Below are positions 19,282-26,925 of a DNA stretch of 32,000 nucleotides, piece by piece. This DNA is from Bellilinea caldifistulae (lineage in GTDB: Bacteria; Chloroflexota; Anaerolineae; Anaerolineales; Anaerolineaceae): NCBI RefSeq assembly GCF_001306055.1, contig NZ_LGHJ01000016.1, forward strand, positions 120,001 through 152,000, written 5' to 3'. Below the pieces are notes generated by a model that was given only the letters and a program-made list of their open reading frames with translations, was not told where the DNA came from and ran no database searches. The position numbers and the translations under genes were made by a program. Numbering within the stretch: position 1 is the stretch's first letter; every line of letters starts with the position of its first letter.

Positions 19282-19316
19282 CAATTCAGCGTGGTGACGA
19301 AAGGAAAATCACAAAG

Positions 19317-20057
19317 ATGAAACGCGTCATTGAAAACTCGAAAATTTGGCGTATTTCCGCAAATGGAAATCATTGCGCCGATTTTATTCAGCTAATCAAC
19401 TTAAAGAAAACTTATGCTGAAGGTGGGCAACGTCACGTTATTTTGGATGGGGTAAATTTAACGCTGGCAAAAGGTGAAATGCTGGCAGTCGTCGGTAAAA
19501 GTGGAAGTGGAAAAACCACATTATTGAATGTCTTGAGCGGAATCGACCGATTGGATGAGGGACAGGTCATCATTGATGGAATTCACTTGAATGAACTGAA
19601 CGAAAATCAGCGTACGCTTTTCCGCCGAAAAAAGATTGGTTTTGTATTTCAGTTTTTTAACCTCATTCCCACTCTCACGGTTTGGCAGAACATCCTCTTG
19701 CCGCTCGACTTAAATCAACAGGCAGACCGGACTGGCCTGGAGAGGGCGGAAGCCTTGCTGGATGAGGTGGGATTGCTCTCGCGCAAAAATGCCTATCCGG
19801 ATCGTCTTTCAGGGGGTGAACAACAGCGGGTTGCGATTGCCAGAGCGTTAGTGCATGACCCGTTACTGGTTTTAGCCGATGAGCCTACCGGTAATCTGGA
19901 TGAAGTAAACAGCGCCAGGTTGCTGGACTTGCTTGACCGCCTGACGCGGCAAATGAATAAAAACCTGATCATGGTTACCCACAGCCGTGAAGCGGCGGCG
20001 ATTGCTGATCGAGTGGTGGATTTAAAAGATGGGCAATTGGTCGAGCGTTATGAGTAA
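19317..20057 (+). CDS. ABC transporter ATP-binding protein (MacB/LolD/AttE-like)
   Basis: Walker A GKSGSGKTT, signature LSGGEQQRVAIARAL, Walker B LVLADEPTGNLD. The N-terminal roughly 23 aa before IQLINLKKTY are unusual, so the start is uncertain. Confidence 0.85.
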   Translation: MKRVIENSKIWRISANGNHCADFIQLINLKKTYAEGGQRHVILDGVNLTLAKGEMLAVVGKSGSGKTTLLNVLSGIDRLDEGQVIIDGIHLNELNENQRTLFRRKKIGFVFQFFNLIPTLTVWQNILLPLDLNQQADRTGLERAEALLDEVGLLSRKNAYPDRLSGGEQQRVAIARALVHDPLLVLADEPTGNLDEVNSARLLDLLDRLTRQMNKNLIMVTHSREAAAIADRVVDLKDGQLVERYE

Positions 20058-22620
20058 TCCAAAGAGGTTGTGGCTGCCAAATAGTTTGCTTCAAATTGCT
20101 GTTCAAACGCTCCTGCGCCGGCCGTGGCAGAGTGTTTTGATCTTGCTGGGAGTTGCGCTGGGGGTGGCGGTAATGGTTTCGATAGACCTTGCCAATGCCA
20201 GCGCCAGCCGGGCTTTTGAACTCAGCACCGAGGTGATCACCGGCAAGGCCACTCATCAGATTATCCCTTCTGGTATTGGAATTCGAGACGATGTGTATGC
20301 TCAATTGCGGAGATCCGGAACGCTGAATCTGGCAGCCCCAATTGTGTCTACCTATGTTTCGATCCCAACCATCAAAGGCCAGGCGTTTCAACTATTGGGG
20401 ATTGATCCATTTGTTGACCGACTTTTTCGGGATTATTGGATGCCCGATTCGTTCAGCGGGCAGGCTTTTTTTGAATTGCTCACCCGGCCGGGAACCGTGA
20501 TGGTCTCTACCACTCTGGCTGAACGTTCAGGGTTAAAGGTGGGAGATGAGCTGGTCATTGAAGCAGCCGGCCGGCAACAATCAGTAAGGATTGCAGGTGT
20601 ATTGCAGCCGAGTGACCGATTAGCAGCACGCAGTCTGGAGGGTGTCTTAATCGCCGATATTGCCACGGCTCAGGAGATCAGTGGCAAGGTGGGTTACCTT
20701 GATCGTATTGATCTGATCCTGCCCTCGCAAAATCTTGCGGTCATTGAAAAAATCCAATCCCGGCTGCCACCTGACTTGCGGTTGGAAACGGTGCAAGCAA
20801 GACAGGGTAGTGTCCGTCAAATGACTGAGGCGTTCCAATTGAACCTGTCGGCCTTGTCTTTACTGGCACTGGTGGTCGGTTTATTCCTGATTTACAATAC
20901 CATGACCTTTTCGGTGGTTCAGCGCCGGGATTTATTTGGCGCGATGCGTTGTCTTGGGGTAACCCGCCGCGAGCTTTTCTTCCTTGTCAGCGGTGAGGCA
21001 TTCATCATCGGTTTGATTGGCTCGGGTTTAGGAATACTGCTGGGGGTTTTGCTGGGTAGAAACACTGTCGGGATGGTTTCCCAGACAATCAATGACCTTT
21101 ACTTCACGACTACTGTTCAAACCGTTGGCATCCCGGTAGAAAGTTTAATCAAGGGTGGGATTGTCGGTGTGCTGGCTACTCTTGGTGCTGCGATCCCGCC
21201 AGCTTTAGAAGCTGCCTCGATTGAGCCGCGATTGGCGTTATCTCGTTCTGGTCTGGAAAGAAAAGCCGAATCGGTGATCTGGTTGCTGGCTGCGGGAGGG
21301 CTTTTATTGAGCATCACCGGATACCTCGTATTTCAGGTTCCGGGTAATCATCTGGTGTTTGGGTTTGGGGGGACTTTGCTGGTTGTAGTCGGTCTGGCCA
21401 TGTTTTCGCCTCTTCTCATGAAGTTGCTACTGACTGTTCTGAGACCCGCTTTGGAAAAAACATTTGGATTTTTAGGAAATATGGCGCCCGGAAATTTATT
21501 AAACTCCATCAGCCGGACGGCTGTTGCGGTTTCTGCCTTGATGGTGGCAGTTGCAGTAACGATTGGGGTGAGTCTGATGATTGACAGTTTCCGTTTTACC
21601 GTTACGCAATGGCTTGAACAAACCTTGCAGAGCGATATTTACATCTCTGTGCCGGGTTTTAATGCCAATTCGTCCTTCCTCCCCATAGATCCGTTGGTCG
21701 TTGAGCAATTAAAGATGCGGGATGATATTGAACGGCTGGACACACTGAGGGCAACCCGAGCAATCAGTCAGGTGGGAGAAATCAATCTCTCGGCTACTTT
21801 CAACCCTCAAATTGGCGCTGAGCGGATCTTCAAAGAAGCCGTTGGGAGTGCCGATCAGATTACACTGGCGATGCAGGAAGGAAAGGTAATTATTTCCGAA
21901 CCTCTGGCGAATCGAGCAAGATTAAAAGTCGGCGATCGGATCGAATTTCAGACCCCCAAAGGCTCGCGTCCCTTCCAGATAGCGGGAATTTATTATGACT
22001 ATGCTTCGAGCGAAGGCAGTGTATTGATGTGGCAAGATGTTTATCGTCAATACTGGGAGGACGATGCAATTACCGCAATTGGGCTGCGTTTGAAATACGG
22101 TATCAATCCGGACGAAGCCGCCGCGCAGATCCGGGCAGGTTTACAAACCAATCAAAACTTGCTGGTTCGGGCGAACGCAACCTTGCGGGAGGATGTGATG
22201 GAAGTATTCGACCGCACCTTTGCGATTACATCTGCATTGCGGATTCTGGCAACCCTTGTCGCGGTCATCGGCATTCTCAGCACGCTTTCTTTACTGCAAA
22301 TTGAGAAGCAGCGCGAAACCGGAATCTTGAAGGCTTTGGGAGTAACCGGTAAGGAATTATGGCGTTTGGTAATGCTGGAAACCGGTTTGATGGGATTGAT
22401 TGCCGGATTGCTGGCCGCACCAACAGGCTTTGTCCTGGCAATTATTCTGATTGAGGTAATTAATTTGAGATCCTTTGGCTGGACAATTTTGCTTTCCATC
22501 AATCCAATGGCATTTTTTCTGGCAATTTTTATTGCACTGGGGGCGGCTTTGACGGCGGGAATTCTTCCGGCAATCAAAATGAACCGCCTTTCAGCAGCGG
22601 AGGCAATTCGTTATGAATAA
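20050..22620 (+). CDS. ABC transporter permease with duplicated FtsX/MacB-type domains
   Basis: The ORF track gives 20029. I prefer the ATG at 20050 (MSNPKRLW...), which overlaps the ATPase stop (ATGAGTAA). The 856-aa protein has two FtsX-like 4-TM blocks separated by large periplasmic domains. Confidence 0.85.
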   Translation: MSNPKRLWLPNSLLQIAVQTLLRRPWQSVLILLGVALGVAVMVSIDLANASASRAFELSTEVITGKATHQIIPSGIGIRDDVYAQLRRSGTLNLAAPIVSTYVSIPTIKGQAFQLLGIDPFVDRLFRDYWMPDSFSGQAFFELLTRPGTVMVSTTLAERSGLKVGDELVIEAAGRQQSVRIAGVLQPSDRLAARSLEGVLIADIATAQEISGKVGYLDRIDLILPSQNLAVIEKIQSRLPPDLRLETVQARQGSVRQMTEAFQLNLSALSLLALVVGLFLIYNTMTFSVVQRRDLFGAMRCLGVTRRELFFLVSGEAFIIGLIGSGLGILLGVLLGRNTVGMVSQTINDLYFTTTVQTVGIPVESLIKGGIVGVLATLGAAIPPALEAASIEPRLALSRSGLERKAESVIWLLAAGGLLLSITGYLVFQVPGNHLVFGFGGTLLVVVGLAMFSPLLMKLLLTVLRPALEKTFGFLGNMAPGNLLNSISRTAVAVSALMVAVAVTIGVSLMIDSFRFTVTQWLEQTLQSDIYISVPGFNANSSFLPIDPLVVEQLKMRDDIERLDTLRATRAISQVGEINLSATFNPQIGAERIFKEAVGSADQITLAMQEGKVIISEPLANRARLKVGDRIEFQTPKGSRPFQIAGIYYDYASSEGSVLMWQDVYRQYWEDDAITAIGLRLKYGINPDEAAAQIRAGLQTNQNLLVRANATLREDVMEVFDRTFAITSALRILATLVAVIGILSTLSLLQIEKQRETGILKALGVTGKELWRLVMLETGLMGLIAGLLAAPTGFVLAIILIEVINLRSFGWTILLSINPMAFFLAIFIALGAALTAGILPAIKMNRLSAAEAIRYE

Positions 22621-23785
22621 GATAAGAACTGTATTGGTGGTGGGCTTGGGATTGTTCGCTTTGGTTTTGGGGTGGCGATGGGGTTTTGCCTCACAGGAAA
22701 GATCGGCGGCGGTGCAAACCAGCATTATCGGGGAATTGAATTTGCCCGGCGAGGGTAAATTCGTTCGCGCAGAAGCCCCAATGGTGTTTGAATTTCCCAA
22801 AGATCACGGCGCGCACAACGATTTTCAAACCGAATGGTGGTATTACACCGGTAATCTGGCAAGCGAAACGGGCAGACGCTTCGGGTACCAGTTAACTTTC
22901 TTCCGCCGGGCAATTGTACCGCCGGATATGCGCACAGGCCGGCCTTCCGAATGGGGAGTTGAACAGGTTTACCTGGCCCATTTTGGGTTCACCGATGTTG
23001 AAAACGACCAGTTTTACGCCAGTGAGAAAATTGGACGGGGTGCAGCCGGCCTTGCGCAAGCGATTGGAGAACCAGCCTATCAAGTCTGGTTGGATGACTG
23101 GCAGGTGGTTCAAATTGGGGACAACCAGTATGAGATGAAAGCCAAAACCGATCAGGTGGCGATTGAACTGGAATTGAGGAATTTGAAAGGAGAGATACTG
23201 CAAGGGGATCGTGGTTATAGCCGTAAGGGCGAGGAAGCCGGTAACGCATCTTACTACATCAGTCAGACCAGACTGGAAACCCGTGGAGAGATCCGGATTT
23301 TAAACGAACAATTTGAAGTGAGTGGGTTGAGCTGGATGGATCATGAGTTTAGCAGCAGTGCTTTGGGGGAGGATCAGGTTGGATGGGATTGGTTTGCCCT
23401 GCAATTGAATAACGACATGGAACTCATGTTGTTCACGTTGAGGAAATCCGATGGGAGTATAGACCGTTTTTCAAGCGCAACCCTTATTTTACCGGATGGT
23501 CAAACGCGACAATTCACATCAGATCAATTTTTGGTTGAAGTAAAGGACCAATGGAAAAGCCCAAAAACCGGTGCTGTGTACCCATCGGCGTGGTCAATTC
23601 GGATTCCATCGGTTGATCTGATTCTTGACCTTCGGCCGCTTGTCTCCGATCAAGAATTGGTGGTTTCGTATATTTATTGGGAAGGAGCAGTATATGCGGA
23701 GGGGAAAATTGGAGAACAGATTGTCAGCGGTTATGGGTATGTTGAATTGACCGGCTATGGACAATCCATGCGCGGCCGCTTCTAG
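22613..23785 (+). CDS. Secreted CrtC/AttH-like (carotenoid 1,2-hydratase-fold, lipocalin-like) protein
   Basis: 390-aa ORF with a signal-anchor N-terminus. The motifs FPKDHGAHNDFQTEWWYYTGNL and SWMDHEF are typical of the AttH/CrtC family as I recall it. It overlaps the permease stop by 8 bp. Confidence 0.7.
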   Translation: MNKIRTVLVVGLGLFALVLGWRWGFASQERSAAVQTSIIGELNLPGEGKFVRAEAPMVFEFPKDHGAHNDFQTEWWYYTGNLASETGRRFGYQLTFFRRAIVPPDMRTGRPSEWGVEQVYLAHFGFTDVENDQFYASEKIGRGAAGLAQAIGEPAYQVWLDDWQVVQIGDNQYEMKAKTDQVAIELELRNLKGEILQGDRGYSRKGEEAGNASYYISQTRLETRGEIRILNEQFEVSGLSWMDHEFSSSALGEDQVGWDWFALQLNNDMELMLFTLRKSDGSIDRFSSATLILPDGQTRQFTSDQFLVEVKDQWKSPKTGAVYPSAWSIRIPSVDLILDLRPLVSDQELVVSYIYWEGAVYAEGKIGEQIVSGYGYVELTGYGQSMRGRF

Positions 23786-23792
23786 GTTGCTG

Positions 23793-23866
23793 TGGGCGGA
23801 ACAGGACTCGAACCTGCGACCCCATCCTTGTAAGGGATGTGCTCTAACCTACTGAGCTATCCGCCA
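23793..23866 (-). tRNA. tRNA-Val (anticodon TAC), with U1 opposite C72
   Basis: The reverse strand reads TGGCGGA-TA-GCTC-AGTAGGTTA-GAGC-A-CATCC-CTTACAA-GGATG-GGGTC-GCAGG-TTCGAGT-CCTGT-TCCGCCC-A. It is a good cloverleaf except that the first acceptor pair is T:C. Confidence 0.8.
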
Positions 23867-23922
23867 AAATTCGACCACATCCTTCGTGTACAGTCATGTA
23901 ATTGTGGTCGTTTTTGGGAATT

Positions 23923-24171
23923 TTAAGGTTCGAGGTATTGACAAGGGATGTGGTCGTTTGTTTCAGTATCCACAAGCAGATCATAGCGGGACAACTTAGA
24001 AGCTTGTCGCCAATTTCGGGAGTTAAGAGATAAATCAATGATCATATCGTTGATTGAAAGATGAATTTGAGCATGGTTACAGTAAATATCCGGTCCATTC
24101 TGAACGGAGACCGCCTTTTTCAGCATATCCAGAATTGGGTTTACGGAAGTGACGGGTATTTTTTTGGACAT
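23923..24171 (-). CDS. Small hypothetical protein (possibly DUF3467-like)
   Basis: 82-aa ORF starting 28 nt downstream of the repressor gene, with AAGGA upstream, in a locally AT-rich segment. The stretch IYCNHAQIHLSINDMIIDLS loosely recalls the DUF3467 core. This is from memory and unverified. Confidence 0.5.
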   Translation of the reverse strand: MSKKIPVTSVNPILDMLKKAVSVQNGPDIYCNHAQIHLSINDMIIDLSLNSRNWRQASKLSRYDLLVDTETNDHIPCQYLEP

Positions 24172-24199
24172 TGGATTTTCCTTTGTTAGAACACCAGTT

Positions 24200-24598
24200 C
24201 TATTTCTCTTTTAACGCACTTCGAGCCGGTTTTGTTGCCCGGCTCGGTGTGGATGAGGGTGGTTTTTTGTCTTTTTGGCGTTCTGTCTTGAAGCGCAGAA
24301 GTTCTAGTATTTCCTGACGCTCATCGGGGGAAAGTTGCGAAAGGTAGTGAAAGAACTGCTCTTGATACTCAGTATCTGGCGAAACCGGCGGAAGCAGACC
24401 GGCGGCACGGAAGACGGTTTCGGGGGGTAGATTCAGCGCGCGAGAGATGGACACTAAAACGTCACTATCTGGCTTCTCTCTTTGTCTATTGATGTAATTG
24501 CTAATAATTTGTCTAGGAATACCTGCCCGTCTAGCCAATTCAGCCTGTGACCACCCTCGTTTATTTATTTCATTCAATAGCCAATCTGAAAAGTCCAT
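24200..24598 (-). CDS. XRE-family helix-turn-helix repressor (CI-like; no S24 peptidase domain)
   Basis: 132 aa with the HTH RGWSQAELARRAGIPRQIISNYINRQREKP. The C-terminal region is helical and basic. It is divergent from the early operon. Confidence 0.85.
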   Translation of the reverse strand: MDFSDWLLNEINKRGWSQAELARRAGIPRQIISNYINRQREKPDSDVLVSISRALNLPPETVFRAAGLLPPVSPDTEYQEQFFHYLSQLSPDERQEILELLRFKTERQKDKKPPSSTPSRATKPARSALKEK

Positions 24599-24612
24599 AA
24601 CTGATTACAGTT

Positions 24613-24704
24613 TGTCATAATTTGCGTATTTTTTGGATGTCAAACCGTAAACACGTATTGACAATTTGTTTATATTTCTGTATAATGTCATCAAGCGTTG
24701 ACAT
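24613..24704. promoter_or_regulatory. Operator array of TGTCA/TGACA half-sites in the repressor/early-operon intergenic region
   Basis: TGTCA occurs at 24613, 24638 and 24686; TGACA occurs at 24659 and 24699. An inverted repeat ATGTCA-N8-TGACAT at 24685-24704 overlaps the -10 and TSS of the rightward promoter. Confidence 0.55.
24658..24686 (+). promoter_or_regulatory. Consensus sigma70-type early rightward promoter: TTGACA, 17 nt, TATAAT
   Basis: TTGACA at 24658-24663, a 17-nt spacer (atttgtttatatttctg), and TATAAT at 24681-24686. The RBS AAAGGAGG and the ATG at 24726 follow. Confidence 0.75.
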
Positions 24705-24725
24705 TTAGAAAACAAAGGAGGTCAA

Positions 24726-24929
24726 ATGCCGGACTTTTACATCAGGACAAGCGATCAAGAGGTTGAACGCATGCTGAAACAGTTGGCTGAAGAAGACATG
24801 CGCTCGATTTCAATGGAGGTAGCTTGGCTCATCCGCCAGGAATGGGCGCGCCGGTACTCGCAGCCAAATCCGGCAATTTCGGTGGCGGATGCAATGCTGG
24901 CGAGCGAAGAGGTCAAGAAGGGGGAATAG
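24726..24929 (+). CDS. Small early protein, possible ribbon-helix-helix (Arc/CopG-like) regulator
   Basis: 67 aa and the first gene after the consensus promoter, with a strong RBS. An N-terminal beta-strand-like FYIRTS followed by two helices (EVERMLKQLAEEDMRSISMEVAWLIRQEW) fits the RHH pattern. Confidence 0.6.
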   Translation: MPDFYIRTSDQEVERMLKQLAEEDMRSISMEVAWLIRQEWARRYSQPNPAISVADAMLASEEVKKGE

Positions 24930-25136
24930 ATGAATACAACCATTATTCAATCCCTGAACACAATTGAAGACCTCATTGAATCCGCGCGCAAGATGGTGGA
25001 TTATGGCGAATATACCCACGACCCGGAAGGCTTCACCGCCGCCAGGAGTGCTTTGAACCAAGCGATTACGCACATATCCGAGGTGAAACAATCTCTCAAA
25101 TCCATCCATGAAGCCATTGTACAGGAGCGCGTATGA
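24930..25136 (+). CDS. Hypothetical phage protein
   Basis: 68 aa. The start directly abuts the upstream stop, and GGGGGA lies upstream. Confidence 0.55.
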   Translation: MNTTIIQSLNTIEDLIESARKMVDYGEYTHDPEGFTAARSALNQAITHISEVKQSLKSIHEAIVQERV

Positions 25137-25450
25137 CATGCGAAATTCGGCTGGATTACGGCGTGATTACGGCGGTCTTGCTTGGGCTGTTGTTGTTCGG
25201 CATTGGCTACAACAGCCTCGTGGCATGGCTGGAACGCCGGGGCTACACCGAGGGCTTCTTGAGCCTGATTGTGGCTTTCGGCGTAGCCATGACGCTGGCT
25301 GGCGTTGCGATACTGAGTATCCATGCTGCACTGCTGACCCTGCTGGCATTTGTAGCCACCGGTACGCCGATGATTGTTGGCTCCATTGTGCGATACCTGC
25401 GCCGGCGGGATGAGGCAAAGCGGGCAATGCTGGATGAGGTTAAACGATGA
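25133..25450 (+). CDS. Hypothetical phage membrane protein (3 TM)
   Basis: 105 aa with an ATGA overlap, AGGAG upstream and three hydrophobic helices. Confidence 0.6.
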   Translation: MTCEIRLDYGVITAVLLGLLLFGIGYNSLVAWLERRGYTEGFLSLIVAFGVAMTLAGVAILSIHAALLTLLAFVATGTPMIVGSIVRYLRRRDEAKRAMLDEVKR

Positions 25451-25656
25451 CCAAACCGCGTGAGTGGCCTAACAGCGCGAAGGAAGCGCGAGACCGGAGC
25501 GCAGAGGAAGCCATCCGGGCTTTGCGGGCCATTGAGCCATTGCTGGAAAAGGAGGTGACCGAAATAGAAAGAGTACGCAGACTGGCTATTGCGATACACG
25601 CACTACAAACCATCCTGCGTCTTCTGGAACGGGAAGGCGCGCAGACAAGACCGTAG
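25447..25656 (+). CDS. Hypothetical phage protein
   Basis: 69 aa with an ATGA overlap. It is helical and charged. Confidence 0.55.
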   Translation: MTKPREWPNSAKEARDRSAEEAIRALRAIEPLLEKEVTEIERVRRLAIAIHALQTILRLLEREGAQTRP

Positions 25657-25671
25657 AAAGGAGAAAAGATT

Positions 25672-25902
25672 ATGCCGATGAGTTGGAGTACTGAGTATGG
25701 CTTGCGGCGCGCAATTCGAAGTGGCGATGAAGAACACATTGAGGAATTGCTTCACCGCAACAGATTTGTCGATTTCGACGAGGTAAAGCAAATTTTCGAG
25801 GACGAGCGCAAAGGACGCATTCGTCCGATTGGAAACATTGAATACGGCGATCTGGAAATCCGCGATAAGTTTGGCCGACCTGATGTGCGGCGGAGGTGTT
25901 AA
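25672..25902 (+). CDS. Hypothetical phage protein
   Basis: 76 aa, with AGGAGAAAAGATT upstream of the ATG. Confidence 0.55.
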   Translation: MPMSWSTEYGLRRAIRSGDEEHIEELLHRNRFVDFDEVKQIFEDERKGRIRPIGNIEYGDLEIRDKFGRPDVRRRC

Positions 25903-26196
25903 GTGGAATACAGAAAAATCTATACCCAGTGTGGATGGGTGTACTTGGAGGAAAAACCAATGACGCTGGACGAAATTGTTGAAATCATCGGCGACGCACT
26001 TGAAGATGCGTATCCACACCGTTCACTAAAGTTCGCTGCCATGTACTTGATTGCTGAGTACGAGCGGCGGCTTCTGCCCGACTGGATCGAGGCGCTGGCA
26101 AACGGAAATCTGGACGTGTGGGATGCGGTGTTAGACGAAGTGCGAAACCTGAAGAAGGCGGAGGAAATGGAAAATGACAACTATGACGATGTCTAA
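25903..26196 (+). CDS. Hypothetical phage protein (start ambiguous: GTG 25903 or ATG 25960)
   Basis: The GTG at 25903 has GGAGGTG 6 nt upstream. The ATG at 25960 has GGAGGAAAAACCA upstream. Confidence 0.5.
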   Translation: MEYRKIYTQCGWVYLEEKPMTLDEIVEIIGDALEDAYPHRSLKFAAMYLIAEYERRLLPDWIEALANGNLDVWDAVLDEVRNLKKAEEMENDNYDDV

Positions 26197-26512
26197 TTCA
26201 AAAACCCTCTCGCCGTACCCGATCGTCCTGACGCTGATTGTCATCACTATGGCGGTATTGTCATACCACGCCATAGCCAAACACGGATCAGCAGCATACG
26301 CCGCTTCACAGTGCGCCGACAGCCCGGAGGTGCGCATGATCAACCCAATGAACGGAAGAGTTGCGTACATTTGCTGGACTGAGCGCGGCTGGGGGGTGTA
26401 TATCCAAGCGCCCGATGGGACGAACGTGACCGCGTTTGTCAAGGAGAAGTTGAAAAAACTGGCAGACGTTATTCGCTACATGCGGAACACCGGCTACGAA
26501 CTTTTGCAATAA
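26174..26512 (+). CDS. Hypothetical phage protein with N-terminal membrane anchor
   Basis: 112 aa with a hydrophobic segment (YPIVLTLIVITMAVLSY) and GGAGGAAATGGAAA upstream. Confidence 0.55.
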   Translation: MTTMTMSNSKTLSPYPIVLTLIVITMAVLSYHAIAKHGSAAYAASQCADSPEVRMINPMNGRVAYICWTERGWGVYIQAPDGTNVTAFVKEKLKKLADVIRYMRNTGYELLQ

Positions 26513-26514
26513 AA

Positions 26515-26537
26515 AACCGCCCTGTGCGGGGGCGGTT
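26515..26537. terminator. GC-rich hairpin with the T-run on the minus strand only
   Basis: aaaaaaccgccc-tgtgcgg-gggcggtt. An A-run precedes it on the plus strand, so it reads as hairpin plus U-tract only in the antisense direction. Confidence 0.4.
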
Positions 26538-26594
26538 CAGTCCACCGTGGACAGTGGACCCAGGTAATCCCATTATATCACGAAAGGAGAAAAA

Positions 26595-26924
26595 ATGGTT
26601 GAAAATCGTGGACAAAAATATTTAGACCCAGGTGAAGCAAGCCGGGTGCAAAACCATTATGTTTGTGCGGTTTGCTGGGGCCACCTGATGAGCTTTTACA
26701 GGGTCGAAGAAGGCAAGCCGCCCTATGTCGAAGTGGTGTGCGCCCGCGCGGTTGACGGGAAGTGCAGCGGCACAACCTTTGTGACCAAAGCGTATGCCGA
26801 ACGCCGGCGGCAGGAATCACAGGCAGAGCTTTGGGAAGCGCGCGCCAATTTGCGGGAAATTTTAGACCTGCCGCAGTCTGGCAAGACGGCAGACGAATTG
26901 ATTGACGAGTTATTCGGAGGGTAA
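26595..26924 (+). CDS. Hypothetical phage protein with Cys-rich (CxxC...C...C) segment
   Basis: 109 aa with AGGAGAAAAA upstream. The Cys-rich segment is HYVCAVCWGH...VVCARAVDGKCSG. Confidence 0.55.
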   Translation: MVENRGQKYLDPGEASRVQNHYVCAVCWGHLMSFYRVEEGKPPYVEVVCARAVDGKCSGTTFVTKAYAERRRQESQAELWEARANLREILDLPQSGKTADELIDELFGG

Positions 26925-26925
26925 G

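Noticed and set aside
24698-24703. A second TTGACA hexamer as an additional rightward promoter.
   Set aside because: No -10-like hexamer lies 16-18 nt downstream; the sequence runs into the RBS. It is better explained as an operator half-site.
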